A stretch of DNA of 64,000 nt from Podarcis cretensis (Eukaryota), in contig OX638154.1 of NCBI GenBank assembly GCA_951804945.1, forward strand, positions 57,288,001 through 57,352,000. The letters run 5' to 3'. The notes below the pieces were generated by a model. That model did no database searches, had not been told where the DNA came from, and saw only the letters and a program-made list of their open reading frames with translations. The position numbers and the translations under genes are program-made. Within the stretch, counting starts at the first letter, position 1. Each line of letters opens with the position of its first letter. Below are positions 38,601-53,600 of this stretch, piece by piece.

Positions 38601-41600
38601 AATTAAATGCTGAGTTATCTCAGAGCAACACACAGCCCATTATACCCTGAAATTCAACAATCTATGTGTTCACATAAGGCACTAGAAACCAAAGAACCCA
38701 CCCTACATATTCTGTTTACAAAGGATGAGAATCTATTTCAAACATTTTATTGAGCCACACCTGAAGTTAAAACTATTACTGCCTGCAGCTAATCATGGGA
38801 ATGTGAAAGAAAAAACACCCAGCTTGTCTAAACAAAACAACATAATAGAAAACATTAACCTGATCCTCCAAAGATGACAGACTTGTACATTTTATAGCTT
38901 AACACAGGAAAATCTATGGATATATATACAGTGTGTGGGTTGTTGTTTTTTAAATGATATAAAAGCTGCCCAAATAAAGCCTAACTTTTACTGCTGTTCT
39001 CACATAAAATTATTTAATACATAATTTCTGCTGAAAAACAAAAGATTATCTGCTATCAGCACTATTTTTCTAGAAAAAGAAGTGCTGGGACTCACCATGA
39101 ACACCTCCCTCATTCTCTTATAATGGCAATGGTTCTCACCTGAGAGGTGCTGGAACTGAGTTCCGGCGAGTTCCAGCTTAAAAAAAAAAAGCCCTGCTTG
39201 CTATTACATTTTGGAAATACTTCTTAAAAACCCATCACAATTTGCTTTGTCCCCAAATGGCTGAACTGCTTCAATAAGCTAATTTGAGGTACTTTTTGTG
39301 GGGTTTGCCTTTTGTTTTGTTTTGTTTTGTTACTGGTCTTGATTCTATGCCTTAACATCAGGATGGCATGCAAAAATCTGTGAAACAACACTTTTTGTGA
39401 CTTGGACATAAAGTGACACTATAAACTTTCAACTTCTTAATTTTTGTATCCCAGGCCACTGTTAAATGCTCGCTCTCTGTTCCTGTGCCTTTAACAATAA
39501 AGCTACTCAATTTAAGTTCACAGGAAAGGAAGATGGGTTGATGGCTGATCACACAATCTGAAAGCTTAGCTGACAGTCCACCTATTTCCAGATAAATAAA
39601 CATAAAAACATTAAAAAGTTTTTCCTCTCCATGAACCTGAATAGTTCTCCATGTCTTTATCAGTGTTACTCTTATTTCTACAGGTGGTTTTTTTAAGTAA
39701 AAGAAACACACACTGTGTTTTTCAGGAAGAAGATTGAAAAACCAGCTGATGGGAAGTCAAAGTGAATAGACATTTTCAAGTGGGATTTGCAAATAAAGGA
39801 AGTTTTTTCAAGCAATTGTAGAACAATATATATCTACCATGAATCTTATCCTAAAGCAACGAGGGTTAAATGTTGCATAACAAGAAAAATAAACATTATG
39901 TTAGGCCTACTGTTACTTAACTTAAAAATGTGGACAAGTCAGACCAGCTGTGTAACAGTCAATGCTTTTACAGTAATAAATTTTGACAGCAGAAATAAAA
40001 AGAATGCATTATCGAGGTATCATCAAATGGGTTCTGTCAGTACATAGGAACTCCACCCTGTATAAGCTTGTCAAAAAGTGTTACTGTAATCCATTGAGAA
40101 GTCTCCTCCTCAGGCAAGAGAGGAAAAAATGCATAAGGAGGAGGCTCAAAACAGGTGTGTTGAATTGTAATACCATTATTTAATCACAAATCTCTTCTCA
40201 TTAGTTTCATATGTGACAAATTCAGGCTCTATTCTTGCCTATCATGCAATGCTAGAATCATCACTCAACAGTCAAGTTAAAAGCCAAATGTAAACAATGA
40301 AACTGTGGACATGTCTTTTTAACACTGTACACTCCTCAAACACAAAAGGCTTAATAAATTACTGCCATTTCTCTTGGAGCTCCCAGCTAGGTCTCCAGTA
40401 ACAATATGAGACTGAAGGAAATTATATTTCTCAATTAAAATTGGACTTCCTCTGGATAGAAACAGCCACTTTTTCTGGCTCACTTTTTTCCAAAGCTGCT
40501 ACTGCTCAGGATAACATTGCCAATTCATTATGGTAATATACTACAATTTAGTCCACAGGCATTTAGGGTGTAATCCTAAAGCCAGTAGGAGACCAGCTGT
40601 GGACCTCTGGATTCAGAGTCCCATTCCATCAGAGAAGGAAAGCCCACTGGTATGATGGCACTCATGCTGCTAGAAGATCACTGGTACCCTCACAGAAAGG
40701 TCTGTCATTGCAGATGTCCCACTGGTTGTGTTTTGCTGGTGGAGGTAGTGAAACGAGGGCAGCTAAGGATCTGCAAGACCTCAAGATCTCTTGAATTCCC
40801 AACGTGCCCATAAGAAGCCCTCAACTACACCGTTCCGAGAGCCGGCATGGCTAATTGCTTCTCACTGAACACAATGGCAAGGGAGTAAATGAAGGAAAGC
40901 AGCCCACCAAAAAAGGTAGAATCCCCACCCCTACTTCCCACTCAGGCTGGAGTGAGCTGACAGGGCATTGGAAGTGGTGCTAGCTCTGTTACCCTACTCA
41001 GAAATTATGGGAAGCCACTCTTGTGGGATTGAAAAATACCCACCACTCCCTAAAGTACTTAAGTTACCTGAATTTTAGGCCTCTATCTACATGTTTGCTA
41101 AAACTGTGCAATGTCTCAGTTTTGTCTTACTTTTCTTCTTCTTCAGTTAGCCTCAGTGATACTAGAAGAGTTCTATCCTCTATCTACAATTAACTGAAAA
41201 ACCCAGCTCCACATTATGACACCTAGCAAAGGATACTGTGTTAAATGCTATGCAAAAGTGTGTCACATTGTTATACATGATTTAAAGACTTCTAAGCATA
41301 TAAATATATGAAAAGGGTAACATTCCAAATTTTCATACTGGTTCATTGTCGATTCCCCCCACCCTAGCTGGAATATATATTCTTTGAACTTACAGAACCA
41401 TTCTTTTGTGCCTCCATGTACAAAAAATATATACATGTTGACTTAGAAAAAAATAACAGCCAAAAACCTTGGAAGAACTTTCTGTTTATCTTTTTGTGGT
41501 TTATGATGGCTTACAATTGTTACTAGGAAAACAGTAACAGAAACCGGAATCTGTATCCTGCTTGCTATTGTCACATTTTGAAAGAATGTTCATGTAAATG

Positions 41601-44600
41601 CATTAAGATCTTCACTAGAAAAAGGAGTTGCTGTTTAAACAGAAGTTGTCAGGAACAAGGCTTATAAAAAAGAGTTACATGTTAGCTAGCAAACCACGAA
41701 AAAACAATATTTTTTTTCACATGCCAACGCCTCTTGCTAAGTACATAATATATGGATTACTTCACTACCTGTTTAGCACATTATTTTATCTAGTGAATTG
41801 CATTTCTCTTAAAGACACAGGAATAAAGCTGGTTTTATTCCTCAAATGTTCTTACAGGTTTGAAATGAATTGCAGACACTATGTTTATGTTAAGTTGTTA
41901 ACTATTTTGCCTTTCCAAAGAAAACCCTTCCACTTCTGTTTTTTTGTACTTCCAGGATATGTGAAAATGGAGAAAGGTGTATGCATGCTCTCCCCTGGAA
42001 AAAAAACCCACAAGAGAGATGCAGAAACACAATACTGGAAGCATGAATTACTGGCACAATTATTTTTTGCTACTTCTCTGAAAGTGAGAAGCCATCTTAT
42101 GCTTCCTGGTGTTTGAAACCAACATGTGAGTCAATAAACCAACACAGCCTATATCGGCCATGTTTGGTGGTTGACCAAAGACTCAATAAACTGCCTGTTT
42201 ATATTGCCTGCCTGGGACTGTAAGACCATTGTGCCGGTGCTGCTGCTGACAAGCAGCTGGAAACCACAGCTGAAGACTGCATTTGGCTTGACATGTGCAC
42301 AACGCTATCTTGCTAGCTGAAAGGAAAGGGAACAAGGCTATAACGATATCTCAGCCAATCCAAGTTGAGCTTCCCAATCAGCAGCACACGGCACACTGTA
42401 GTCTCCCCGCCCCTGCCCCAATCAGTAAATAACTGGCATTCCTATTGTACAGACAGTGGCAGTGCTAGTGCTACTCTACCTGTTCTCACTAACTGCAGGT
42501 CAGGGAAGGAGACTGATTACTCTCAGAAATACTCCAGAGAGAGGCTATAGCACCAGAGTCCCACTGTCTACAACATGGGTTTGCGAGCACCATGCTTAAC
42601 ATAGAAAATAGACCTAATTGAGAGAAAATCAGAGCCTATTAGAAAATAAAACCAGTTTTTGAAATGGTACCCCTAGGCATCCCTAACAACCAGAAGGTAA
42701 CAAAGAATGGGGCAATGGAGTAGGCCATACATATCTTCACAAGCCATCCATTAGGCAGGTACAATTAGTTCCCAGCAACTTAAAAACATGGCAACTATGA
42801 TTTTAAAATCTGCACAACAATATAGAGTGGAATCTAGATGTTGGCCTTGTGATCATAGAAAAGCTTTTGATTCACGGGGCACCTCTGCTAAGTGATGGTG
42901 AGAGAGACAATTATTGCAAATTCTGCCTTCCTCCGAAAGCTCCCTGGGCTACCTTTCACTTTGGGCTGGAAGGTCTCTAAACTCTGAAGCCAATTTACAG
43001 GGGGCACTGTAGGGCTGCAGCTCCTCCTCCTTTCTTCCATTAATGGAGGCATCTGTTGGCTCAGAAGCCCTTCTGGGAGTGCAAGGGTACCTCGGCCCTC
43101 TTTTGCATACTAAAAAGCCCAATCATTTGAGACCTGAATCGTTTCCATGAAAGTTTTTTTAAAAAATAATATATCATCTCATGGTTACCTTCTGCTATAA
43201 TGCAATGAAAATTCAACGATATTATGCAATAAATTTCATAAATTTATGCAATCCTCATAACTAAAAATTCTATCAAGAATAGAAAGGAATTAGAGTAGAG
43301 AGAGGAAATGGATATGGTAGATAGAAATGCAGATGACATACATTCATATTATTACATAAAATAATCATTAAATCTTGTACTAATGAGAAACAAGACTTAA
43401 ATGGCTGAAAAATGTATTTAGTGCATTATTGTCAATCAATGTCTCTACAACCAGGATAACAATAATCTTGAATGGCAACACACCTATTATTACAAATTCC
43501 TAACTAAGTACTTCATTACTCGCAAATGTCACTCCCAATTTACAGAGTAACAGATAAATGTCTCATTACTGTATACCTGTCTTGTGTCTACTTTTTTTTT
43601 TTTTGTAAAACTGAAACACTGTGACAGTTCTGGAAAACTTTATACTTGCTCATTTAGTTTGAATGAAAGAGACCTGTACAGTAATATATATTTTTATTAT
43701 TATATACTGAAAGATACCTTTGCTAGAGTACTAAGTATGATTGTTTTCCTATATTTTTAATCATGGGGGTAAGGAATGAAAGAAGTGGTAAGTTTTTAGT
43801 AGAGTGAAGCCAAATTCCTAGTAAGAAAGAAATGATGAGAATAATCTCCCCATATAATAAGCTGCTTTGAACATGTGAAAGGTCGATTAAAAACATGAGA
43901 TGGACTTCTGTTACAACCAAAATATTTTGTTCTATAACATTTCCATTATTTCTATTACATTACTGTGATGTTGTATGTTTCAGGCTACCAACTTTATTAT
44001 TTACAATTTCCATCATATTTTTTAGCTAACCAGTGACACACTTTCTTTTAAAATCAACATTACGAAAACCAGTATGAACAGTAAATAACAGTTTTTAAAT
44101 TTGCCGTTCAATACTTGTGGCTTTCCAGGTGCAATAATTTCCCCCCCACATTCAGATGATTTCCTCAAGAGATAATTTCCCCCAGTACTCAAAGACAATA
44201 TTTAGCCATTAAATTGCTTTTGCAAATGCTATGAAATTTCTAGGAGTCACAGGTGCCTATTGGACTATGATACTAGGATCCTTTCCTCTCTCCAATCCAT
44301 TACATTTTTATTTTGTGTTATATCAGCACCTCTTACCTGTTCATTGTTGTAGCATTTCAGTATCAAATGTTCATCTTTCCCTGTTCATCTTTCCCATTTA
44401 AAATAAAGCAAACACCTATCAAAGCTCCCTTCCCTCTGTAACATGTCGTGCCATATAATGAACCTTAGCTTTTATTTTATTTATTTAAAAGCTATATATT
44501 CATTTTTAGCACCTACGCTCACTTCTGCTCTGACCCTTTTAGAACGCTACAGGTGATGGCTGCCCGACCCTGTTCATTACACGCAGGGGTGGAGAACCTT

Positions 44601-47600
44601 TGGCCCTTCAAATGTTGTTGAACTGCAACTTCCATCAGCTCTATCAAGCATGGCCAATGACCATGGATGATGGGGGCTTTAGTTCAGCAACATCTGGAGG
44701 ACCAAAGCTTTCCCACACCTGTGTTAGCGCATCCTGGTATTAGCGTGCCTTGATGAAAAAGACAGTAGCCGTGTCCAGTTGTACAAGAGAGCTCATTAGG
44801 TGGAACTTCTCTTACTTGTGCAGTAAGAACCTGCAAAAACTTCGTCTTCGCCCAACTATTAAAGCCACAGGAACCTTGTTTTCCTTAGCATCCGGTTGTA
44901 CAATGTGCAATTGGTGCTGAATTGGGGGCTGGACAGATCTAGTGCTATGAATAGAATCCAATATTTTTTAATTGTCTGGAAAGGCCTTTACTCGAAATTC
45001 ACCAGATGTCTGGAGTGATGTCCAGCTCTCACCTCATCTTTTATGTCTTCCTGCTGCTGAGCACCGAAGATCTCCATTGCAGCCATCAGCCTCATCATTA
45101 GCTCATCCACTGTTGTGTTACCTAGCAACAAAGAAAGATAGCTGAACTTCATATTATTAAAGTTATTAAAAAACCAGAAAGTCATTCTAGAATTAATCCA
45201 AAAGGAATACCTAGCAGGGGTTTTTATAAGTCATAATAAGAATATGAGATGAGATTCTTAGAATATTTTCTGTTTATCGGTGGGCTGCCCCCCACAAGTT
45301 TCTAATTTTTCCAATAAAATGTATGCACAAGCATAGACGGAAGTATTTATTCTGAACTGATTGATGATGCTTTCTGTTATATTTTCCTATAGGTGAAAAC
45401 AGGATCACTAAACAGGAAGAGAGAGGGGTTTTTTTTATTTCTTTCAGGTAGCTGAAAGAAGCATCTTAAAAAAAATATTGTCAAACTGATATGTAAAATT
45501 TGGGCTAGCTTCAAAGAAGAATCTGAGGGCATTAGCTCAAAACACTTTCCACAGAGTAGTTACAATTGTATCCAAATACTTCTAGACTTTTATATTGCAT
45601 CTCAAATAGCAGTATATACCGGTATATCCTGTTGTCCCTTGAAATCCTACCCTTCCTTTCGCATTAGTCCAAATATTGTTAAAATCCATTCTATGGACCT
45701 GTCAGGTTTTCATTCCTGGGTGGCAATAGCAATTCTCTATTCTCCAATGCAAGGTGGGCTGACATGCGAGAAGATGGTAGCTTCACTTCTTTCCATTATT
45801 TTCCAAGTGAGATTTTGCTTGCTCTCCACAGCAATACTGGCTGCATTTGGCATTGTGAAATTTTGAATTTCAAATGTCGACCTTTCAGAAATCAGGATGT
45901 CTTTGACAACATACACACTAAATTTAAACTTGGAAAAGCAATGCCAAGAGTAGCGAAAGGAACTTTTTATGATAAAACATCAAACTGCCACAGCTTTGGT
46001 TAGATTTGGACCCTTGTTTCGCTTTCAAGGCAGACTCCTTCAGTTATGGAAATCTCAGCTTGAAATCAACAATATTTCAATGTTTTAAGAGTTCCAAATT
46101 AAGAATGTTGCAAGATACCTGAATTCAATGACTCAAAACATAAAGGACTCTGGCCCAGTTATAACATCTCTTCATCCCATTTAATTTTCACAATAATGCT
46201 ATAGGGCAGGCTAAAATGGGACATGATAGCTTGCCCAAAGTCTTTAAGACTGAGACCCTATATGTAGACTTACCTGGACAGAAATCCCATTGAAGACAAG
46301 GAAGCTTATATCTGAGTGGATATGCACAAGAATGCTCTAATCCTAAGAACACTTACTGGAGAGTACTTTTGTAGTAAATTCCTATGCATGTTTACTCAAA
46401 TCAGCCTCAATGCTGGAAATCTGAAAGGGGATCTATTCTAACAACGAACCTGAATTCCTGTTTCTAAAGCTCTAGCTACAGAAAACTTATCATTCACAGT
46501 CTGTCAGTTGTTTTCATTTTTTTGTATACTTGCTGGTAAGCATGAAAAATAAAAGCCATTTGTCACTATTTACACTATACTCCTCTTCATCATTAGAGAT
46601 GCAAAGAGTAAGAAAATCAGTTTTGGCTGTAGTAAATGCAAATGAGTATAGTATAAATGCACTGCACTTTACATTTCCCTAAAAGGTACTTTCTGAACTA
46701 AAGAAGATAAACTATATTCTAGAGAGGACCGCCAGAAAATTAACTTGGAAGTTTCAAGAAGGAACATATGCCCAATAGAACCAAAAAACGGTACCTTGTA
46801 TTACATTCAGCACCTCATTCGATGATCGTTTCCCCATAATAATCAGGAAAAGTGGAAACTGATCTGTTTTCTGAGTTCGAATAGTCTGAGCTACAACGCT
46901 ACCAAAGTGTCTCGTGCACATCGTTAGAAACCTGGAAAACAGAAACATTTAAAGGGGGGTGGAAATTTTGTAAAGCAATGTCCACTTTATTAAGGAAAAG
47001 AAAGGTTATTAGATTTGGACTAAATTAGCGAGTTTCAAAAGTCCTGCGTGTTCACTTTGTAACTATATCATTGTCAATATTCCCATTTATCCTGTCAATA
47101 TTCCCATTTATCAATATTTATCAAAGCCAACATTCCCATTTATCATATTCAGAGCTATCAAATTCCATCCTGCAGCAAGTTGGTTCTCATACTGAAGAAA
47201 ATGAACACCACATTTTAAAATAATGAATGCACCAATACAAACTATTTTTTCCCTGAACAGAAGAGAATGGAATTAGTCACAATCCAAAGAAAGACCAAGG
47301 CCAGCCCAAGACATTTCGAGGTTTAAATAGCATGTTCTACTCTGCAATGTGATGTAGAACCAGATGCTCTGTAGTACAACAAACTCAAAGGTTGTAGTAT
47401 ATTTTAACAGGCCTCCTGATGATGAAATCTATAGTTTATTTTTCTGTTATCACAAATATATAAAACAATTGGGGCCTCTCAAATATGCAAAGAGGAATGA
47501 GAAATTTGGTCATCCTGTTACAGTAATCCCAAGGCCAGATAAAACAAACTTTTTAGCAGGGGCAGTGTGCCTTGGCATTCACAACTAAAGTGGTTAACAG

Positions 47601-50600
47601 GTTAATAAACATGGGGTCTATCTGCTCCAAAGGCATTGCTAAAATAAAGAACAAATAAGAGAAAAATGAGGGAGGTGAGAGAGTGCTAAATGATATGAAT
47701 AAATTCTACTCCAATAATATATCTCCATATGCTTTAACATCTGGGGAAGCAAGTCTACAATACATTCTCCTTTCATTCACTGCCAAGGCAAGCATGGACT
47801 TCTGTCACACATTCATGTCTGGTGGAATTCTCAACTTTCAGACCATTAACACTAATCATATGACTGTTAACAGCACTTAGAACATTTAGAGCAACATTTA
47901 GAATGCATACACATCACACCATTTTACTATTACCTACAGTATTTGTCTTGAAAGGCTTCTGGAAGTGCTGCAATGGAAGGAGGAAGAAAAGTGATGATGT
48001 GTGGGGTCTAGGGAGGTTTTCCTTCCATTTTTGGGTCCCGCACTCTGGTGTGAGACAACTGACTTATGCCACAGGGTGGGACCAAAAAAACCTCCTGTCT
48101 TTTGGTAGCCTGGAAGCCAAAGCGGGACATCTGGGATTGGGATCAGAAGCCTTTCATGGAGTTTAACAAAATAATCAAACAAAAATTCAAATATCCCCCA
48201 GTACATATTAAGACACTAAAAACGCTGCATCAAATTGCAATCACAAACTTTATCAATACAGTAGCAACAACATATCCGCTGGATTCCAGGTAATATTTAA
48301 CCTCAAAGACTCAGAGGAAAAAATGCATGTTCAGTTGGCTTTGAAAAACTGACAATAAGAGGGACAAGTTAATCCCTACAGGGAGAGAGTTCCACACCTG
48401 GGGTGTGACGACAGAGAAGGCACCATATGAGGGTAACCTCTGCTTCACTGCATCTCCTGAAGTATTTTTGAACAAATCTTTCAAGAGTCCAACAGAATTT
48501 GAACACTGACTTTCGTTGAAATTTCTAAAAATGAATGAAATTGACTGAAGAACCACTTCCTGGGATTTCAGAAGTGCTAGAATCAGTTTCCTTAAGATAA
48601 GTCTCTTACTCAGGCAGAAAAAAAAGAGATCTACTTAGAATTCTGCATGCTGTTTCTAATTTTCAAACACAAAACATTTAACCATGTTTTGAGCACCAAG
48701 CTCCACCTGTTTACCAAGAGCAGGAAAGATATAGAAAGTAGTTATGATTGCAGTCATATACTCACACTTACTTGGAAGTAAGCCCTATTGAACTCAATGG
48801 TTTTCACTTCTCGGCCATTGTAAGTATGATTGGGTCACATACAAGGTAACTGGTATCTCAGTTACAACTGCTACATATGCACCACACCAGAATAAACTAC
48901 AAGGCTCAAAGTAATGTAATGATGCCTTTTAGTTGAATCTTTAGGTGCTGAATTTGTCATCAAGACACAACATACAGTACCATCCTGAAAGGTTCAGTGT
49001 GCTGGTATTGTTGCATGAAGTTGTGTGGATAACTATGAACACACCAAAACATTAGGGCTCAAAACAACATGGAATGGCACCAGAAATCTATCATTTGTGA
49101 CATCTCACTTCACAGAAACACCACTTCTGAAATTACCATGGCTCTGTCACTCTGTATTGAATGGATAATTGAACTCATCCCAAAAGAACTCTAGCAAACC
49201 TAACTTTTGCTGTACTTCACATGACTATACAAATGACTATACACATGACTATACAAATCTGCAAGTATTGTGTATTGTACCCTTTACTAGGTATCAGCAA
49301 CTAAACTTAAGAGCTTCAGAGTAAAACACAAATCTAGAAAAAATAAATACCAACAGAATAAAAGTTGGGGACTTATTTAATTATGAAATACATATATTGC
49401 TTTATACCTAGAGATAATATTTTAATATACAATTTGTAAGTTCAATTAGTAGCAATAAAAATCAATGACTTTTACTCAAGAGTTATGCTTCTGGATATAG
49501 TACTAGCCTTCTTCACTTTCATACTTACTAGTGCAGTCTTAAAACAATAATTCTAAGCTTTTGGCCAAAAAAATGCCTTCATCCATTAGCATACTGAAGT
49601 CTGGCATTAGTATTCTNNNNNNNNNNNNNNNNNNNNNNNNNNNNNNNNNNNNNNNNNNNNNNNNNNNNNNNNNNNNNNNNNNNNNNNNNNNNNNNNNNNN
49701 NNNNNNNNNNNNNNNNNNNNNNNNNNNNNNNNNNNNNNNNNNNNNNNNNNNNNNNNNNNNNNNNNNNNNNNNNNNNNNNNNNNNNNNNNNNNNNNNNNNN
49801 NNNNNNNNNNNNNNNNNNNNNNNNNNNNNNNNNNNNNNNNNNNNNNNNNNNNNNNNNNNNNNNNNNNNNNNNNNNNNNNNNNNNNNNNNNNNNNNNNNNN
49901 GTACAGGCTTATTAATTCTTAATTATGTTCATGAAAGGCAACTTAAATCATGTGTTTTCTTATGCCTTATGATAATATTTTAGGTAACAACTGATCTTGA
50001 AATGTATGCACTATCTGATGAGCAAAGTCCTGTTGTCTCATGCATTAGAAGGTAAATCTATTTGAAAAGACAAGCGGCATTAAAATGTCACAGGCTGAGA
50101 AGCATTTGATATCAAAATCCAAAACAGAATCACGACACTTCGTTTTCCTATCAGCGGGAAAAATCTCAACATCTACACTTCAGAAACCTAGAATGACAAA
50201 TAATGGAAGTCAAAACTAGGCTTGCTGTTGAGAGCTGCTAAAAGTCTGAAAACAAATTAGACCCAACTTTGAATCTCCACTGGCCTCATTTCAGTAGAAT
50301 ATATAAACTTAAGATGGAAGCCACGGAACACATTTGTTTTTTAAGGGTAAAATTTTTTTAAAAAAATCAGAATAATGGAAGTGCGTGCGGCATCATCATT
50401 TGAATGCATCATCAGGCTGCCACCACTGAATGGAAACTAGAGGGTTGTGATGCCAGAGACTCTCTGATGTTACTAGTGGGTGGTGTTTGGCAGCTGCAGA
50501 GACTTTCAGGGTAGTTTGCACTGTGCAAGCTCTATGCTCCTGGAAGAGGACAGTCAGATTGAAGATGTCCTTGGGCTGCGCTTTAAGCAAAGTTACTCAA

Positions 50601-53600
50601 GAAGACCAGCTCCTCCAAACTTGAGGATACAGAGAGGACAAATGGCAAAACAACAACAAAACAACTGCACTGGATATAACTTTGCTCTAATTGTGCCATT
50701 CAATTGACAGCGTTCTGACCCAGTCTGCGCACCATGGTAACCAAAGCTCCTGCTTTGCTTCTCCCCTATGGCAAACAGGAGCAACAAACCACAATTGCTG
50801 GCTTACTGTTACATCTGAACTAGGGACTGTAGTTGACTTCGATCCAACATGAAGCCAAGATTTGTTCTCGGCTTACCAATTGTGGTGGGTATGGATCAAA
50901 TGAACGACAATCCCAATTTGGAGTTCCTTGTTGCTGGTGCTACTTCTGGCTTCTGCTTGGCTGGTGTTGACCCGTGACAAGGCTTTTTTGGTAGTGGCTC
51001 CCCATTTTTAGAATAGCCTCCTTGGTGAGGTGCAGTTGTCTCCTTCATTATTGACTTTCAGACAAAATTTAAAGACATTCCTGTTTACCCAAGCATATGA
51101 TGGCTATGAGTTACTGGCCATGGCAACCTTGAAATTAGTAACTGTGAAGCTATGTGATTGTTTTTAAAAGTTTTAAGTGGTTTTAAAATGTTTTAAATAT
51201 GTTTATCTTAAGTTGTTTTGTTTTAATGTAACATTTGCTGCTCTGGGATCCTTTGGGAGAAAAAGCAGCATACAAATAAGTAAAATACACTAAGCCAAGG
51301 ATTGTGGTTTGCTGTTCCCACTAGGAAAGGAGTGAAGCAGGTGCAATCTCCACATTGGCTGTAAACAATCAACTATGGTTTACCATGATATAGAAACTGG
51401 ACCAGTGATTTATTACCACAACCAAATTTAAATTCTAAATAAATTAATCTTAAGCATCAATCTGGTAAAACCAATTTGATGAGCCATGACCTGAAGGTCA
51501 GTTCTAGAATTATTTAAGGTCAATCAAATCAGCCCCTTGAAGATAAGAGACAATATACGCTGACCTATCTGCTGGGTTTTGGTTTTTTTTAAGATAAAGC
51601 TTAAAAGTATCTTTCCTCATAGAAGAAATGCTTTAGTGTCTTTCCAAAGCAAAAAGAATACTTGTTGAATATTAAACACGTAAGACATGTAATTATTTAA
51701 CATTATTAATTTTATACTCTGCAAAGTCAACACAAGTCTCATTAAAATGTTAATTTAAGAATAACATTTTATGTATTAATATTTAAATTTTAAATGTAAA
51801 ACTGAAGGATGTGATATGTAATATTTAAACAGGGTATCTATGCATGATTGTCTTAGTACAGTCTGCATGTGAACCACTTAACCCCAACTTTCTTTAAAGA
51901 CAATTGCTATTTTTTACTGGGCTCACACCATTTCTTGCTACATCTTTCTGCAGGCAATGACACTTTTATTGCAATCAGTCCAGTCAACACTAAACTAATT
52001 GTTTCTGTTTAGGAAGTTTATTTGAAAATACTAAGATGGTTTGAGGCTATGTGGCTCTTCATCTGTAACTCTCAGAGTAGATATAGTTGAGCTTGATGGA
52101 TTAAAATAATACAAAGCTAAAGAAATATAAAGGCCCCATCCTGCTGTAAGCTACTATGACTAATTTACATATTACGTACTGTCCATGATTGCCACTGAAA
52201 ACGTTTGCACTTGTGTATCCATATGGTGTGTGTTATCCTTAAAAAGGTGTCGTGAGCCAGGAATCAGGTTCACCTGCTGAACAGCATCCTGAAAGGGGAG
52301 GAGGTGGAGTGACTCCACCTGCAGTTGATTAGCCTTCAAGGACTCAGAGGGGAAGGCACTGGTGAGAACCAACTGGCTTCAGCCTTCTTAAGCAGTTTCC
52401 AGCAGGAATCAATTGCTGGTAACAATGCTAGTAGTTCTTGGCCCTACCTTGCTGCTCCCTGCTTGTCTTGACCCTGCACCCAATGATCACTGGATTCCCT
52501 GACCCCTAGACTGTCTGGTCATGTGGATTGCTGTTTGCCTGACCCTAGGACTGGACCTGACTTTGAATGCTAACTCTGCCTCCAGGCATGTACACCTCAG
52601 AGACTCTCCCACTCCACTGAGCTCGGCAACCAGACTATGACAAAAGGTCTCTACCTTTTTTTTATCAGTCTACAAGTGTGGAGTATTTTAACACTAGCAT
52701 CACAAAACTATGAAGCAGTTAGAATGCAAAACTGTGCATTTAAATGTTCCTCCTCACATTATTAATAGCAGGGAAGGGTTTTGAAGTGGCAACAACAGAT
52801 GGAAATTGGTCCTGAGAAGTACAACGAAGAGTGTGGTAGTTCTGTTCTCTGTAATGTACCATTTTGCAAATCTACACAAATAGAACAGTAACCATGGGTG
52901 AGTTATTCATAATTCATTTGGGGAAGCAGAAGACTGGCAAAGGTCATTATTGAGTGATAAAATCGCCCCAACCTTGCCCATGCCCAAGGAGTTACTGTGA
53001 TGAGGCTCTGGCCTGCTGACTAGAACAGTCTATTCCTCCCAGCTATCCGGCTTCTATTAGCTTTGTTACTAGTTGAGAGAGAAAGGAAAGAGGGAAGCAT
53101 AAAAAAAGAACAGCTCTACAGGTCTGGAACATTTTAAATTCAGGAGTTAATCATCACAGAAAATTTATTAGCATACAGTTATGTTCCACTTATGTGTGGG
53201 GCAGCAAAAGAGGTTGGAGAAAATATTTTGGGGAGTGGAAGCAGCTACCTCATATTAGCCCAGGAGAAATACCAGATTATATAACCTCTTGAAGATCAGT
53301 GGCTCTATGAGGGATTTTAAATTCAGGTAGCACTTCAAGCATGAGGGGGGCATGACACTGTACAGTATGATCCAAGCAAGGGTATTCTTATGATCCCTCT
53401 GCAAATGCAGTGCTAGTTACTGCAATGCCCGATTGTCAAAGACTCCATACTTTTAAAAACTAGGTGTAATAATCTTGTTGCTTACTGAGTCCTCCTGATA
53501 AGAAAAAGGCCAAGCACCCACATAGATTTTGTTAAATGTCTTTGTGATTTTGATAACAGAATCGTTGAGACATTACTGATGCAGCTGTAGGCTTTTGTAA

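Noticed and set aside
41628-42116. Longest ORF (162 aa)
   Set aside because: Non-ATG start, composition typical of AT-rich non-coding DNA, no recognisable homology, antisense within an intron.
47416-47432. Hammerhead-like ctgatga-t-gaaa (also ctgatgag at about 50015 and 57240)
   Set aside because: No stem II and no convincing flanking helices; expected by chance.
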